NCBI GenBank assembly: GCA_963822965.1
Contig: CAWGJT010000010.1
Span: 1,143,790 to 1,207,789, forward strand
Origin: an uncultured delta proteobacterium
GTDB taxonomy: Bacteria; Myxococcota_A; UBA9160; UBA4427
DNA length: 64,000 nt
Direction: 5' to 3'
The number at the start of each line of letters is the position of its first letter. Position 1 is the first letter of the stretch. The notes under the pieces are model-generated. The model made no database searches and was not told the origin of the DNA. It saw only the letters and a program-made list of their open reading frames with translations. Shown here piece after piece: positions 25,528 through 35,806 of this stretch. A program made the translations under genes and the position numbers.

Positions 25528-27648
25528 GTGACCAGGCTGCTCCCCCTGCTCGTCGCCCCTCAGCTGGCCGTCTCCTGCCTTCCGTCACGAGCTTCCACGC
25601 TCACCGTTACCAGCAACGCCGACGACGGTAGTTCGGGTACGCTCCGCAGTCGGATCGCCGCCGCCGCACCCGGTGACACGATCGACTTCGCCGTCACGGG
25701 CACCATCGTGTTGGTTCAAGGCCAGATCCTGCTCGACAAGGACTTGACGATTCAGGGTCCCGACGCCGACCTGCTGGTCATCGATGGCAACCGGCAGAAC
25801 CGGTTCGGCGAGCGGATCTTCGCGACTGCGCCTGGCGTTCGCATTGTCTTGAGCCAGCTCGATCTCCGGAACGCAGGAGCCTACGCCTTCGAGGAAGACA
25901 TCGATGGAGGATGCATTCTCAACGAGGGAGAGCTCACCCTTCGCCAGGTGAAGCTCGAGGAATGTTGGGCCTCGAGAGGCGCCGCCATCTACAACGCGCT
26001 CGGGGCCTCGGTCGAGATCTACGACTCTCTGCTGACCGAGAACAACGTCGCGTACCAGGGGGGAGGCATATTCAACTCCGGGTATGCGGGTTTGATCCGG
26101 ACCCAGATCCTGGCCACAGCCGTCCTCGAGAGTTACGACGGATTCACCGTCTACAACGACGGAACCATGCGTCTGCAGGAGGCGACGCTGAGTGGAGGCA
26201 CCATCGGAGGATGGGCGGTACACAATCTTGGAAGTCTGACCGCCGTGTCAACGACGTTCTATCAGAGCTGCAACATCCGGAACGAGGGAACCGCGGCGCT
26301 GATTGCAAGCGAGGTCGACTTCGGCAGCAATCCCTGCGGTGCCCTCGAGGACAAGATCTCCAACAGTGGGATCATGCGATTCGTCGCCTCCACCCTCACC
26401 GGCGGAGACAACCTCGGGGCGGGGCTCGAGAACTCCGGCATGCTGACAGTCGACCGATCGACGATTCGCGACAACAGAGGCGCGAGTTGGGCAGGCATCC
26501 GCACTACGGGAACGGTCATCGTCGTCAACAGCACGATCAGCGGTAACACCTCGACCGACTACGGCGCGCCGGCGAGCTCTGGGGTTGCCGTGCAACCCGG
26601 TGGACAAGCGTTCATCTACAACTCGACCTTGGTGTCACCCACCCTATCGAACGGGATCTACGGACCTGATAACGACCCACCGCTCAGTGGTGGAGAGATC
26701 ACGCTCCGAAACACGATCGTTGCGCGATCCAACCTAGACTTCCCCTGCGTGACGCCCCCGGATGAGTCCTGCAAGATCACCTGCGCGACGACGGGCATCG
26801 ACTCGCTGGGCGGCAACATCTCGTCGCACTCGAGCTGCAACGACCAGGCCGTGCAGGGGAGCTTCCTGACCCAGTCACCCGATCTCGGCCCGCTCCAGGA
26901 CAACGGCGGTCCCACGTGGACCCACGCGCTCCTCGCCGGCAGCCCTGCGATCGACTACGGCATGACCTGCACCTGGGACGACGACCTCGATCCGAAGACG
27001 CCCGAGGTCCCGCTTCTCTCCGATCAGCGCGGCTGGCTGCGGCCCGCGCGCTCGGCGTGCGACAGCGGCGCCTACGAGTTCGGCTCGGCTCCGCTGCCTC
27101 GCGTGGTGGGACATCGCGTGCTCGACTGCACGGCCCACGAGGAGATCGCCACGTTAGCGTCGGGCGAGCCGTTCAGCGTCGACCTGGCCCACGTGGCGCA
27201 GCCGGCCTGCCTGGGTGTGGGGGTGCGCATCGAAGCGAACGCGACCTCGGGCGACGGCTCGGTCGGCCACGACTACACGCCGGCGTACGGCGAAGCGGTG
27301 ACGTCCCCCTACGAAGGCGAGAGCTACGAGCCCTTCGCGATGATGGGCGACTACGGCTGGGTCGTGCCCGGCGAGATCGCAGCGTGTGAATGCGACAACC
27401 CGGAGCGGGGCGACCTGACCTGGCCCGGCATCCACACGATCACGTCCACGCCCTGCTCGGCCGACGTCGTGAGCTGGACGTCCGGCGACAAGGCCGCCCA
27501 GTGCGAGGCGGCGGGGGGCCTCGCGGGCGTGCCCTTCACGACGAGCCTGGAAGTCGTGCCCGAGCCCAGCACTCCTCCCCTCCTCGGCTCGGGACTCCTT
27601 CTCCTGGGATACCTGAACAGGCGTCGCGGTCGGAAGCGACTGCGCTGA
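25528..27648 (+). CDS. Secreted choice-of-anchor Q / beta-helix repeat protein with PEP-CTERM tail
   Basis: RBS GGAGG then GTG; VTSNADDGSSGTLR; GGGIFN repeats; LGPLQDNGGPTWTHALLAGSPAID...DQRG...CDSGAYE; C-terminus VVPEP-hydrophobic-RRRGRKR. Confidence 0.85.
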   Translation: MTRLLPLLVAPQLAVSCLPSRASTLTVTSNADDGSSGTLRSRIAAAAPGDTIDFAVTGTIVLVQGQILLDKDLTIQGPDADLLVIDGNRQNRFGERIFATAPGVRIVLSQLDLRNAGAYAFEEDIDGGCILNEGELTLRQVKLEECWASRGAAIYNALGASVEIYDSLLTENNVAYQGGGIFNSGYAGLIRTQILATAVLESYDGFTVYNDGTMRLQEATLSGGTIGGWAVHNLGSLTAVSTTFYQSCNIRNEGTAALIASEVDFGSNPCGALEDKISNSGIMRFVASTLTGGDNLGAGLENSGMLTVDRSTIRDNRGASWAGIRTTGTVIVVNSTISGNTSTDYGAPASSGVAVQPGGQAFIYNSTLVSPTLSNGIYGPDNDPPLSGGEITLRNTIVARSNLDFPCVTPPDESCKITCATTGIDSLGGNISSHSSCNDQAVQGSFLTQSPDLGPLQDNGGPTWTHALLAGSPAIDYGMTCTWDDDLDPKTPEVPLLSDQRGWLRPARSACDSGAYEFGSAPLPRVVGHRVLDCTAHEEIATLASGEPFSVDLAHVAQPACLGVGVRIEANATSGDGSVGHDYTPAYGEAVTSPYEGESYEPFAMMGDYGWVVPGEIAACECDNPERGDLTWPGIHTITSTPCSADVVSWTSGDKAAQCEAAGGLAGVPFTTSLEVVPEPSTPPLLGSGLLLLGYLNRRRGRKRLR

Positions 27649-27669
27649 CGGGGTCGCGGTCGCGCATGT

Positions 27670-28040
27670 TCATCCGCGCGAAGCGCGGCGCCGGCGCAGG
27701 CCCGCCAGGGCGAGCAGGCTCGTGATCGCGAGGGCATGAGCCTCGGACTGTTCGATGGCCGCGAAGTCGTTGCTGGCCAGGGCGGCGACGATCTCCTGCA
27801 CCGCCACGAGATGGTCGCGCATGTTCTCCTTCTGATGGTTCGCCATCATCGGCAGCAGGGGAATGGGCGCCCGAGCGTCCAGCTCGTCGAGCACCACGCC
27901 AGGGCTCTCCGGCGTCCCGGCCTGCGCGAACGTCAGCGGCTCGGGAGGCGTCGTCTTCCAACCGCCCTCACCCGGCCCGCCGCAGCCCATGAGCACCGCG
28001 AGCGCGGGCAGCTCATCCGCCAGGCGATGCGGTCGTTCAT
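27670..28040 (-). pseudogene. Truncated lipoprotein, likely cytochrome c-like
   Basis: LMGC lipobox and PLLPMMANHQKENMRDHLVAVQEIVAAL, then homology appears to break before any CxxCH; frameshift near the start. Confidence 0.5.
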
Positions 28041-28179
28041 CCTGTCCTCTTCGCCTCTCGTCAACACCGAAACGACGCTACACCGAGCGAGCGTGGCACG
28101 CCGTACCCAGAACGACGGAAGACGCCACGCGATCGTCGGGTTTACCGGTGGGTCGCCGACCGCCAGGCCGAGTGGGCTA

Positions 28180-29301
28180 CTAGGCGAGCGCCATGAAGCG
28201 CCGCGGGTTCTCGCAGACGATGCGCCGGAGGGCGTCGGGGCTCGCAGCCTCGAAGGTCTGCTGCGCCGCCTCGTACGCCCCGGGGTAGGTGGAGTCGAAG
28301 TGGGGGTAGTCCGAGCCCCACAGGATGCAGGACAGCAGGTCCTTCTCGATCATCCAGCGCAGGCCCGTCAGCTCGTCGGCCTCCATGGACACGAAACACT
28401 GCTCCCGGAAGATCTCGCTCGGCGGACGCACCAGCCACGGCGTGTGGCGACCCATCACCTCGAAGTGCTCGTCGAGCCGGTCGAGCCAGTAGGGAATCCA
28501 GCCGAGGCCGCTCTCGAAGAAGCCCACCCGCAGGCCGGGGAAGCGGTCGCAGACCCCGCCGGCGATCAGGTCCATCACCACGGCCATCTGTCCGAAGGGG
28601 TGTGCGACCATGTGCTCCATGAAGAGGTTGTCGTCGTAGCGACCGCGCGCGAAGCCCGGCATGCGCGTGCCGAAGCTGCCGTGTACGCCCACGGCGATGT
28701 CGTCTGCCTGGGCGACGGCCCACAGCGCGTCGCAGCGCTCGTCGTAGAGCGCGAGACCGTTGAAGCGCTCCGGCCGCACCGCGAAGCCGGAGAGCCCGAG
28801 CCCCGCCAGCCGCTTCGCCTCGGCCACGGCGAGGTCGACGTCCTGGAGCGGCACGATGCCCATCCCGAACAGCCGCTCGGGGCTCGCCTTGCAGAAGTCG
28901 CTCATCCAGTCGTTGTAGGCTCGACACGTCTCGGCCGCGACCTGCGGATCGCGGATGTCGCCCCACAGCAGGTGGATCGACGGAAACAAGAGCGCCTGGT
29001 CGATGCCCTCCGCGTCGAGCACCTCGACCCGCGCCTTCGGGTCGTGGCTGCCGGGCAGGATGTCGGCCCAGGTGAGGTGGCGTCCCGGCTCCATGCCGCC
29101 CGGGATGCACGCCTCGGCCGGGCCGGCGCCGGCGCCGGCGGTCTGGACGTGGCCCTCGATGCAGAGGCGGCTCCGGCCCTCGACGGTGCGGATCTGCAGC
29201 ACGCGGTCGCGGTACTCCGCCCGCGTGTACTCGGTCCAGACGAGCTCCGGCTCGCAGATGTGGCCGTCTCCGTCGATCACCACCTCGGGGCGCCCTGCCA
29301 T
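28180..29301 (-). CDS. Amidohydrolase family protein (Amidohydro_2)
   Basis: IDGDGHICEP, AYNDWM, FFESGLGW and WGSDYPH motifs. Confidence 0.9.
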   Translation of the reverse strand: MAGRPEVVIDGDGHICEPELVWTEYTRAEYRDRVLQIRTVEGRSRLCIEGHVQTAGAGAGPAEACIPGGMEPGRHLTWADILPGSHDPKARVEVLDAEGIDQALLFPSIHLLWGDIRDPQVAAETCRAYNDWMSDFCKASPERLFGMGIVPLQDVDLAVAEAKRLAGLGLSGFAVRPERFNGLALYDERCDALWAVAQADDIAVGVHGSFGTRMPGFARGRYDDNLFMEHMVAHPFGQMAVVMDLIAGGVCDRFPGLRVGFFESGLGWIPYWLDRLDEHFEVMGRHTPWLVRPPSEIFREQCFVSMEADELTGLRWMIEKDLLSCILWGSDYPHFDSTYPGAYEAAQQTFEAASPDALRRIVCENPRRFMALA

Positions 29302-29459
29302 GCCGTCATGCTACTGCGGGCGAGCCCGCGACGGAAGCGCGAGCGTACCGGCGGTAGGGTCGGCCCGATGGCCCTGCTCCGCGCCGTGGGCACGTCGTCG
29401 CAAACGGCTCCCGAGATCGAACCCTCTGCCATCTTCCGGTCGCTGCGCACTTCAGGCCG

Positions 29460-29828
29460 CTACCGGCGGTCTTTCTGGAGCTCCTGGACGGTCAGGTCCG
29501 TCTTCCACGAGCTGAGTCTCGTCCCGCTGAAGATCAGGGTGACGGCGGGGTCGGAGTACTCCCACACGTCGTAGGCCCTGCGGCGCTCGGGCCTCGCTCC
29601 CGCCATCGGGGGCCCATCTCCTTCGGTCTCCTCCTCGACGGTCATCACCGAGGTTCTCGTCGGCGGGCCCCATTCCTCGAGGAAGGCCTCGCGGTGCAGG
29701 CCGCGGATGAGGATTCCCCGCCGGATGTACGACTCGTGTCTCGCCAGCGAATCCGCGCAGGCGCTGGCGGCGGCCGCGGCCAGCAGTGCGAGCACGACGG
29801 CCCTGCGGGTCCTGTCTCGGTTCGTCAT
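29460..29828 (-). CDS. Small lipoprotein (SmpA/BamE-like fold possible)
   Basis: Signal peptide with ASAC lipobox; GLHREAFLEEWGPP...VWEY pattern. Confidence 0.6.
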   Translation of the reverse strand: MTNRDRTRRAVVLALLAAAAASACADSLARHESYIRRGILIRGLHREAFLEEWGPPTRTSVMTVEEETEGDGPPMAGARPERRRAYDVWEYSDPAVTLIFSGTRLSSWKTDLTVQELQKDRR

Positions 29829-30055
29829 CCGAAGCCTCCTGCTTTGCCAGCCACCCGCCGCCCGACCGCTTCGGTCGCACGCATCGGGTGACGGTGCCGG
29901 ATGCCCGTCCGCGATGCCAGCGGGCGCCGCAGGAGCGCCTGCGTGGGTCGACCGGGTCCGGGCCGCCTAGCGAAGGACGCCTTCTTCTCTTGTGAGGTGC
30001 CCGGCGAGCGTGCATCATCGGCCGCGAGCGCACGACGCGTTCGGGGGCTTCGCGC

Positions 30056-31554
30056 ATGTCCGAGAGGGACGCCGACCGTCAGCTGCTCGCCATCATGTTC
30101 ACCGACGTGGTGGGCTACACGGCCATCACCGAGCGCGACGAGGCCAGCGCGGTGCGCATCCGCGAGGCCCACCGCAATCTCGTCCACACCCTGGTGCAGC
30201 AGTTCGGGGGCGAGGTCGTGGACGTCACCGGGGACGAGTCGCTCTCCATCTTCGCGAGCGCGCTGCGCGCCGTGGACTGCGCCATCGCCATCCAGAGCGC
30301 CCTGCGAAGCGACCCGGACCTGCGGCTTCGCATCGGCATCCACCTGGGCGACGTGCTCCGCCGCAATGGCGAGGTGATCGGCGAGGGCGTGAACGTGGCG
30401 GCGCGGGTGCGGCCGCTCGCAGAGCCCGGCGGCATCTGCGTTTCCGAGCCGGTGTACCAGATGATTCGCAGCCGGGCGCACGTGACTGCGCGCTCCATCG
30501 GGTCGCGGGCGCTCAAGAACGTGGGCGAGCCGGTGAGCGTCTACGCGCTCTCGGCCAGCGAGGCCCAGGCCGCGGCACCCCCGAAGCGGCGCGGGCGAAG
30601 GCTCGCCACGCTGGCGGGAGTGGGTCTGCTCGTCGTCGGCCTGCTAGTGGTCTACCGCGCACCCGTCCTCACCTGGCTCGCGCTCAACCTGCCGCGGCTC
30701 ACGGGAGGCTCCGTCGAGCAGCAGATCGGCTTCGCGACCAGCCCCGACGGCGTGCAGATCGCCTATGCGACCGCCGGCGAGGGCCCGCCCCTGGTGCTCG
30801 TGCTGGGATGGAGCACGCACCTCACCGAGGGCATCGGCAGCCCGCTCTACGACCAGGCGGGCTCCCTCGCCTGGTGGACGCGCGACCACCGGGTGGTGCG
30901 CTACGACGGCCGCGGCTTCGGGCTCTCGGATCGCAACGTGACGGACTTCTCCCTCGAGGCCCGGGTGAGCGACCTCGAGACGGTGGTCGATGCCCTGGGG
31001 CTCGAGCGCTTCGTGCTGTACGCCTACTCCGCCGGGGGGCCCACCGGCGTCGAGTACGCGGCGCGCCACCCCGAGCGGGTATCGCGTCTCGTGCTGGCCG
31101 CCACGTTCGTCTCCCGCGGTGACGATGCCGAGCGAACCGAGGGGCTCGCGAGCCTCATCCGCTTCATCGAGACCGGCTGGGACACGCCGGCCGCCCGTGC
31201 CGCGATGATCCAGTTCCTGCACCCGAGGCGAACGACGTCCAGCGGCGGCTGCTGATGCACTTCCTGGGTGTGGCCGCCGACGCCCCGCAGATCGTGGGCT
31301 TCCTGCGAGCCACGGGCGCGATCGACGCGTCGGCGCAGGCCCGGGCGATTCGCGTGCCCACCCTGGTCATCGCGAGCGACACGGATACCACAGTGCCGCT
31401 GGCGTCCTCGCGGCGGGTGGCGTCGCTGGTTCCGGGGGCGCGCCTCGAGATCGTGGAAGGCGCCAGCCACATCGGCGCCTGCATGCTCGACCCCCGCGTC
31501 ATGGAGCTGGTGGCCGGCTTCCTCGCCGAGGAGACCGACGCCGGCCTTCGCTGA
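30056..31554 (+). CDS. Class III cyclase-like domain + TM helix + alpha/beta hydrolase (one frameshift near 31225)
   Basis: MFTDVVGYT...GDE...RIGIHLGDV...VNVAAR; TM LAGVGLLVVGLLVV; RYDGRGFGLS, YSAGG, DTTVP and GASH hydrolase motifs. Confidence 0.85.
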
Positions 31555-31635
31555 ACTCGCGCGGGGCTTCACCAAGCGAACGTCAAGACCGACAGCCCAG
31601 CATCGTCCCGGGGTGTCAACGCGAGGAGTTTTCCC

Positions 31636-34398
31636 CTACGGGCTTGGAGGACCAGGAGATCCGTCTAGGGCGGCCGCCCAGAAGAGCGGCCAGTCGGCCA
31701 GGTCGACGAAGCCACCCGCGGCCACGCCGTCCCCGTTCATGTCGGACGCCGCGCCCTCCTTCGGGTCGGGCGAAAAGCTGGTGCAGTCGAAAACTTCGAA
31801 GACTAGCGTCGGGTTGTCGACACACAGATCGTTCAGAAATTCGAGGACGTCCCCCTGACCGCACGCATGCAACGCGTCGTTGGTCAAGTCGCAGTCGCAG
31901 GCATTGCCGACCCCATCCTGGTCCGAATCGACCTGGCTCGCGTTCTGAACCCGCGTGCAGTTGTCCACGCCGTCGAGAATCCCATCTCCGTCGGCATCGT
32001 CGGAAGTCACGATGCCCGACGGACCGGGTCCCTTCCCTCTCGCCGCCAGTGCCGCAAGGACATCCTGCATGTCGACTACCCCGTTCGAATTCAGGTCCGG
32101 CACCGGATTCGTGCTGACGCTTGCAGCCATCTGCTGAATGCGATCGACGTCATCCGAGTCGACGTCGCCGTCGTCGTCTACGTCTGCGTCGCACGCGTTC
32201 CCGTAGCCATCTGCATTCGCGTCGACCTGGTTCCCCACGGCATCACCGGGCCCGTTTGCGACGGTGCGACAGTTGTCCTGCACATCGGGCACCCCGTCGC
32301 CGTCGTCGTCATCGTCGCAGGCATCGCCCGCTCCGTCCCCATCCGTGTCGAGCTGATCGACCTCGAGAAGCGAGACGAAGGGATCGAACTGGTCTACGAA
32401 CGGGCAGTTGTCGAGCGGATCGGGGAGACCATCTCCGTCCGAATCGAGCTGCTCGGGGTTCGGGAAGAGGGGACTGTTGTCGCACGCATCGCCGACTCCG
32501 TCTTCGTCCGTATCCACCTGCGAGACATTCGCAACTTGCGGGCAGTCGTCGCAGGAGCCTCCAATCCCGTCCGCGTCAGGATCGCTCGAGTCCGCGTCGG
32601 TCGGGCAGTTGTCCAGGGCATCGGCAACGCCGTCCGCATCCGCATCGCTCACGCTGGGATCGGCCTCGGGAAGAACGGCAGCAACCTGGCACCGGGTGGT
32701 GCAGCCGTCCCCATCGTACACATTGCCGTCGTCGCACTCCTCCCCCGCCTCGAGCGCGCCATTGCCACACAGCGAGCCTACGACGATGCCGGTCTCCCAG
32801 GGGACCGCATCGCCAGACTGAAGAGGTTGAAAGATGTCCCAGGTCGCCACGCCGTCGATGTTGCGGTAGAGGAGAACACCCGAAGCGGGGAGGCCCCAGA
32901 GGCTTCCATCGTAGTAGCCGATGGAAGGGTAGCTCCTTGGCATCGTCGCCTGCGTCAGCGTGGCGCCGTCGCTTGCACTCAGTTCGAGGAGCGTTGCGCC
33001 CCCCTCGGCTGCCGCCCATAGCGTGCCGTTGGCGTCGTCGAACGCGAGGTCGGTTACGGAGCCGGGAACGATCGCCCCCAGCGTCGTACTGGCGGCCGTG
33101 GCAGGGTCGACGGCAATCAACGTGCTTGCACCCGCGGCGTCCACGGTTACCCCAAGAAGCGTCGTCCCCGCGAAGATCAGCGCGGCCACGTTTGCATGGT
33201 CGAGCTCACCCACCTCGACGACCCCCGCCCCGTGCGGCTCAGCCCGCAACAGCACGTCGTTGCTCCCGGCCTGTCGGGCCGCCGTGTAGAACGTCATCGA
33301 ATCGGGAAGACGAGCGAGTCCCTGGGTGACCCGTCCCAGATCCAGAATGGGCGTCTGCTCGCGAGCGGGGTAACGCAGCTGGAAGAGGGTGTCCGACCCC
33401 CAGAGTCCACCCGGCACCCGGCTGCCAGCGATCTCCAGGCCCGACGCGGTGAAGTAGACCGTTTGCGCCACGTGGGCATTGAGGGCCTTCTCGGCACGAG
33501 ATGCGCACGGAACACACTGGGCAGCGCGCGGGAACAGAACCACCTGATTTGTCTTCTCACTCGTCGATGGGTCTGGAACTTCCGGCTCGCTCGCAACGGT
33601 GCAGGCCCGACACTGGCCCTCGTCGGAGCAATCCGTTCCGCGAGGGGCGAAGCCGCTGGGAGTCGTACAAGCCGGGTCGGAGTCGACGCAGCGACCCTGA
33701 CCATCACAATAGCCTCGCCCGCTGTTGCATGCGGTGAAGCGCGGGACCGCTCGAATGCCCCCCATGCGAACGAGACACTCCGCGTCGCCGTCTGGCGCGG
33801 CCGCCGCTATGTAGGCGTTGCACTGCCACTGCTCGAGCGAGCGTGGCGACACATTCGCGGGGTACTGGTCATGCTGGTTGCACGGAAGGACTCCGTCGCT
33901 TCCGGCCATCACGCCGCTGAGGCAGTGTTGAAGACCGACAAGGTGCCCGGTCTCGTGCACGAGAGTCTTCCCTCGTCTGTCTGCGAAGTTCGTTCCGGCC
34001 AGCAACCAGATGCTTCCCGTCGCGAACGATGCGTTCCCAGCATCCTCGAGCCCCGCTACCAAGAGAACCGTGTCGTCGAACGGGGGGACCGGGATGCCCG
34101 GCACGAAGCCATTCTCATCCACGGACGCTTCTTCCATGAGGTCGAGCCGGATGTTGCCCACGCCGATCTCGACGGGGCAGTAGGTGTCGAGGTCCTGGTC
34201 CACGCCCTGCAGGACGTTGCTCGCTTGTCTCGCCATGCCGCGGATTCTCGAGACGGTTTCCTTGGTCGTTGCCGCCTGAGCGGCGGGGTGGACCACGTAG
34301 TCGAACTCGATGACGTTCAGCGGTACGGGGTCCGCGTGGGCGTCGGGCACGCCCATCAACAGTGCCAATGCAAGGAGCGCGTGGATCCTGTGGTGCAT
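31636..34398 (-). CDS. Secreted metzincin-like protease with beta-propeller-like region, Myxococcus Cys-rich repeat, thrombospondin type 3 repeats and dockerin-like repeats
   Basis: Signal MHHRIHALLALALL; HETGHLVGLQH plus Met-turn GVMA; CGNGALEAGEECDDGN; several DxDxDGxGDACD repeats; DLNSNGVVDMQD. Confidence 0.8.
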   Translation of the reverse strand: MHHRIHALLALALLMGVPDAHADPVPLNVIEFDYVVHPAAQAATTKETVSRIRGMARQASNVLQGVDQDLDTYCPVEIGVGNIRLDLMEEASVDENGFVPGIPVPPFDDTVLLVAGLEDAGNASFATGSIWLLAGTNFADRRGKTLVHETGHLVGLQHCLSGVMAGSDGVLPCNQHDQYPANVSPRSLEQWQCNAYIAAAAPDGDAECLVRMGGIRAVPRFTACNSGRGYCDGQGRCVDSDPACTTPSGFAPRGTDCSDEGQCRACTVASEPEVPDPSTSEKTNQVVLFPRAAQCVPCASRAEKALNAHVAQTVYFTASGLEIAGSRVPGGLWGSDTLFQLRYPAREQTPILDLGRVTQGLARLPDSMTFYTAARQAGSNDVLLRAEPHGAGVVEVGELDHANVAALIFAGTTLLGVTVDAAGASTLIAVDPATAASTTLGAIVPGSVTDLAFDDANGTLWAAAEGGATLLELSASDGATLTQATMPRSYPSIGYYDGSLWGLPASGVLLYRNIDGVATWDIFQPLQSGDAVPWETGIVVGSLCGNGALEAGEECDDGNVYDGDGCTTRCQVAAVLPEADPSVSDADADGVADALDNCPTDADSSDPDADGIGGSCDDCPQVANVSQVDTDEDGVGDACDNSPLFPNPEQLDSDGDGLPDPLDNCPFVDQFDPFVSLLEVDQLDTDGDGAGDACDDDDDGDGVPDVQDNCRTVANGPGDAVGNQVDANADGYGNACDADVDDDGDVDSDDVDRIQQMAASVSTNPVPDLNSNGVVDMQDVLAALAARGKGPGPSGIVTSDDADGDGILDGVDNCTRVQNASQVDSDQDGVGNACDCDLTNDALHACGQGDVLEFLNDLCVDNPTLVFEVFDCTSFSPDPKEGAASDMNGDGVAAGGFVDLADWPLFWAAALDGSPGPPSP

Positions 34399-34727
34399 CG
34401 TTCGGCCTCCTCCTCCGCGGTCCGCCACCGTTGCCTGTCGCAGGACCCGGGGCACGCATTGTGCGCACGACGGCAGCGAGCACTCAAGAGGAATCCGGCA
34501 CGTCCAACCAATCGGGGCTCGAGCGAGCCGGGCCGTTGGCTGGAGTGAGGCGCCGCCATGATGGAGGAGTTCGCTCGTGAAACCGACCACTGCCTCAGGC
34601 TGCAGGCGATGCACCGAGCAGACGGGGCAAGCGGGCTTGCGGAGGGGCCGACGGGCGTCAGCGCTTGCCCTGTGAAATACTCCGGTCACCCCCCAGACAA
34701 CCTGAATACCGAAGTGGAGCCCTCCCC

Positions 34728-35423
34728 ATGAGTTCTCTGGTCTGCGCGACCCTGCGCGCCTGCGTATCACCCTTCCGTTCGACCCTGTCTCGGCCGCCTT
34801 CTGCGTGCTTCCGCCCTGCCCTGGGCCTCTTCGTCGCCCTGGCGCTGGGCGGCTGGGCGGCGCCCGCCGCGGCCCAGGTGTGCACGAAGCAGTTCCAGCT
34901 GGTGGGCTTCTCGAGCTCCACGTTGAACGGCAACGCCGGGGTGTTCGCCATGACGAAGGCCTGTCAGGAGGACTTCCCCGAGAGCCGCATGTGCACGAGC
35001 GAAGAGGTGATGAACACCGTCACGATTCCGTCCATCACGGCCCAGAACGCGTGGGTGCGGCCCGCCATCCGTTCCATCGGGACGGGCGGCGTGGCGGTAC
35101 TGGCGGATGCCTCGGGGCGCGACAGCGGCATCCAGGCCGGGTCCGATCCTTCCGATCTCACCTGCCGCGGCTGGACGGACAACGGCTTCCAGGGGCTCAC
35201 GGTGACGACCTCGGGCGGCTTCGTGCCCCAGGTGTGCACCGCGCGCCGGCCCGTGGCGTGCTGCGCGCTCATCCGGGTGCCCGAGCCGCCGAGCGCGGCC
35301 CTGCACGGCGGCGCCATGGCGGCCCTGGCCTCGCTGGCGGCGGCCATGAAGAGCCGGCCCGAGCTTCCGCCCGTCGAGATGGCAAGGCTCGTCTCCGAGG
35401 ATCCCCTGCTGGTGAGCCGCTGA
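34728..35423 (+). CDS. Secreted Cys-rich protein (C-type-lectin/DUF1554-like) with PEP-CTERM-like tail
   Basis: Signal peptide; ACQEDFPESRMCTSEE...AWV...CRGW...C...PVACC; VPEP followed by a hydrophobic segment. Confidence 0.65.
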   Translation: MSSLVCATLRACVSPFRSTLSRPPSACFRPALGLFVALALGGWAAPAAAQVCTKQFQLVGFSSSTLNGNAGVFAMTKACQEDFPESRMCTSEEVMNTVTIPSITAQNAWVRPAIRSIGTGGVAVLADASGRDSGIQAGSDPSDLTCRGWTDNGFQGLTVTTSGGFVPQVCTARRPVACCALIRVPEPPSAALHGGAMAALASLAAAMKSRPELPPVEMARLVSEDPLLVSR

Positions 35424-35806
35424 CGGGCGCCCTTCCCTTCGCCGCCATCTCGAGCTGGACGGGCGTCTCGTCCACCGGCGAGAGCGCGAACTGCGCGCGG
35501 CCCGCGCCGGAGAGATCGGTGAAGTCGGTGGCGCCGGCCAGCCACCCTCGCAGCCCGGGCGTCTCCTCCAACACACAACTCGCACGAAAGAAGGAAGAGC
35601 AGGATTCCGTCCCCGGCTGGCGTGTGGCGACGGGCCGGCGCGGCCCATCGCCACACCGGGGGTCGCCGAGCGGCTCGCCCCCGGCCCCAGGCGGCCTGGA
35701 GGCCGGCTCCTTCTGCTTGCATCGCACCGGAGCTATTCTGCGCCTCGCCCCTGGGCCGCCTGGCGACGCGGGGGCTCCGGGAGACCGGAATCGCTGAGGA
35801 AGCCCG

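Noticed and set aside
34450..34464. Possible sigma-54 promoter GGCACG-N4-GTGC
   Set aside because: Imperfect match, expected by chance in high-GC DNA.
34728..35423. Diversity-generating retroelement target (lectin-like fold)
   Set aside because: No reverse transcriptase and no template/variable repeat pair in the window.
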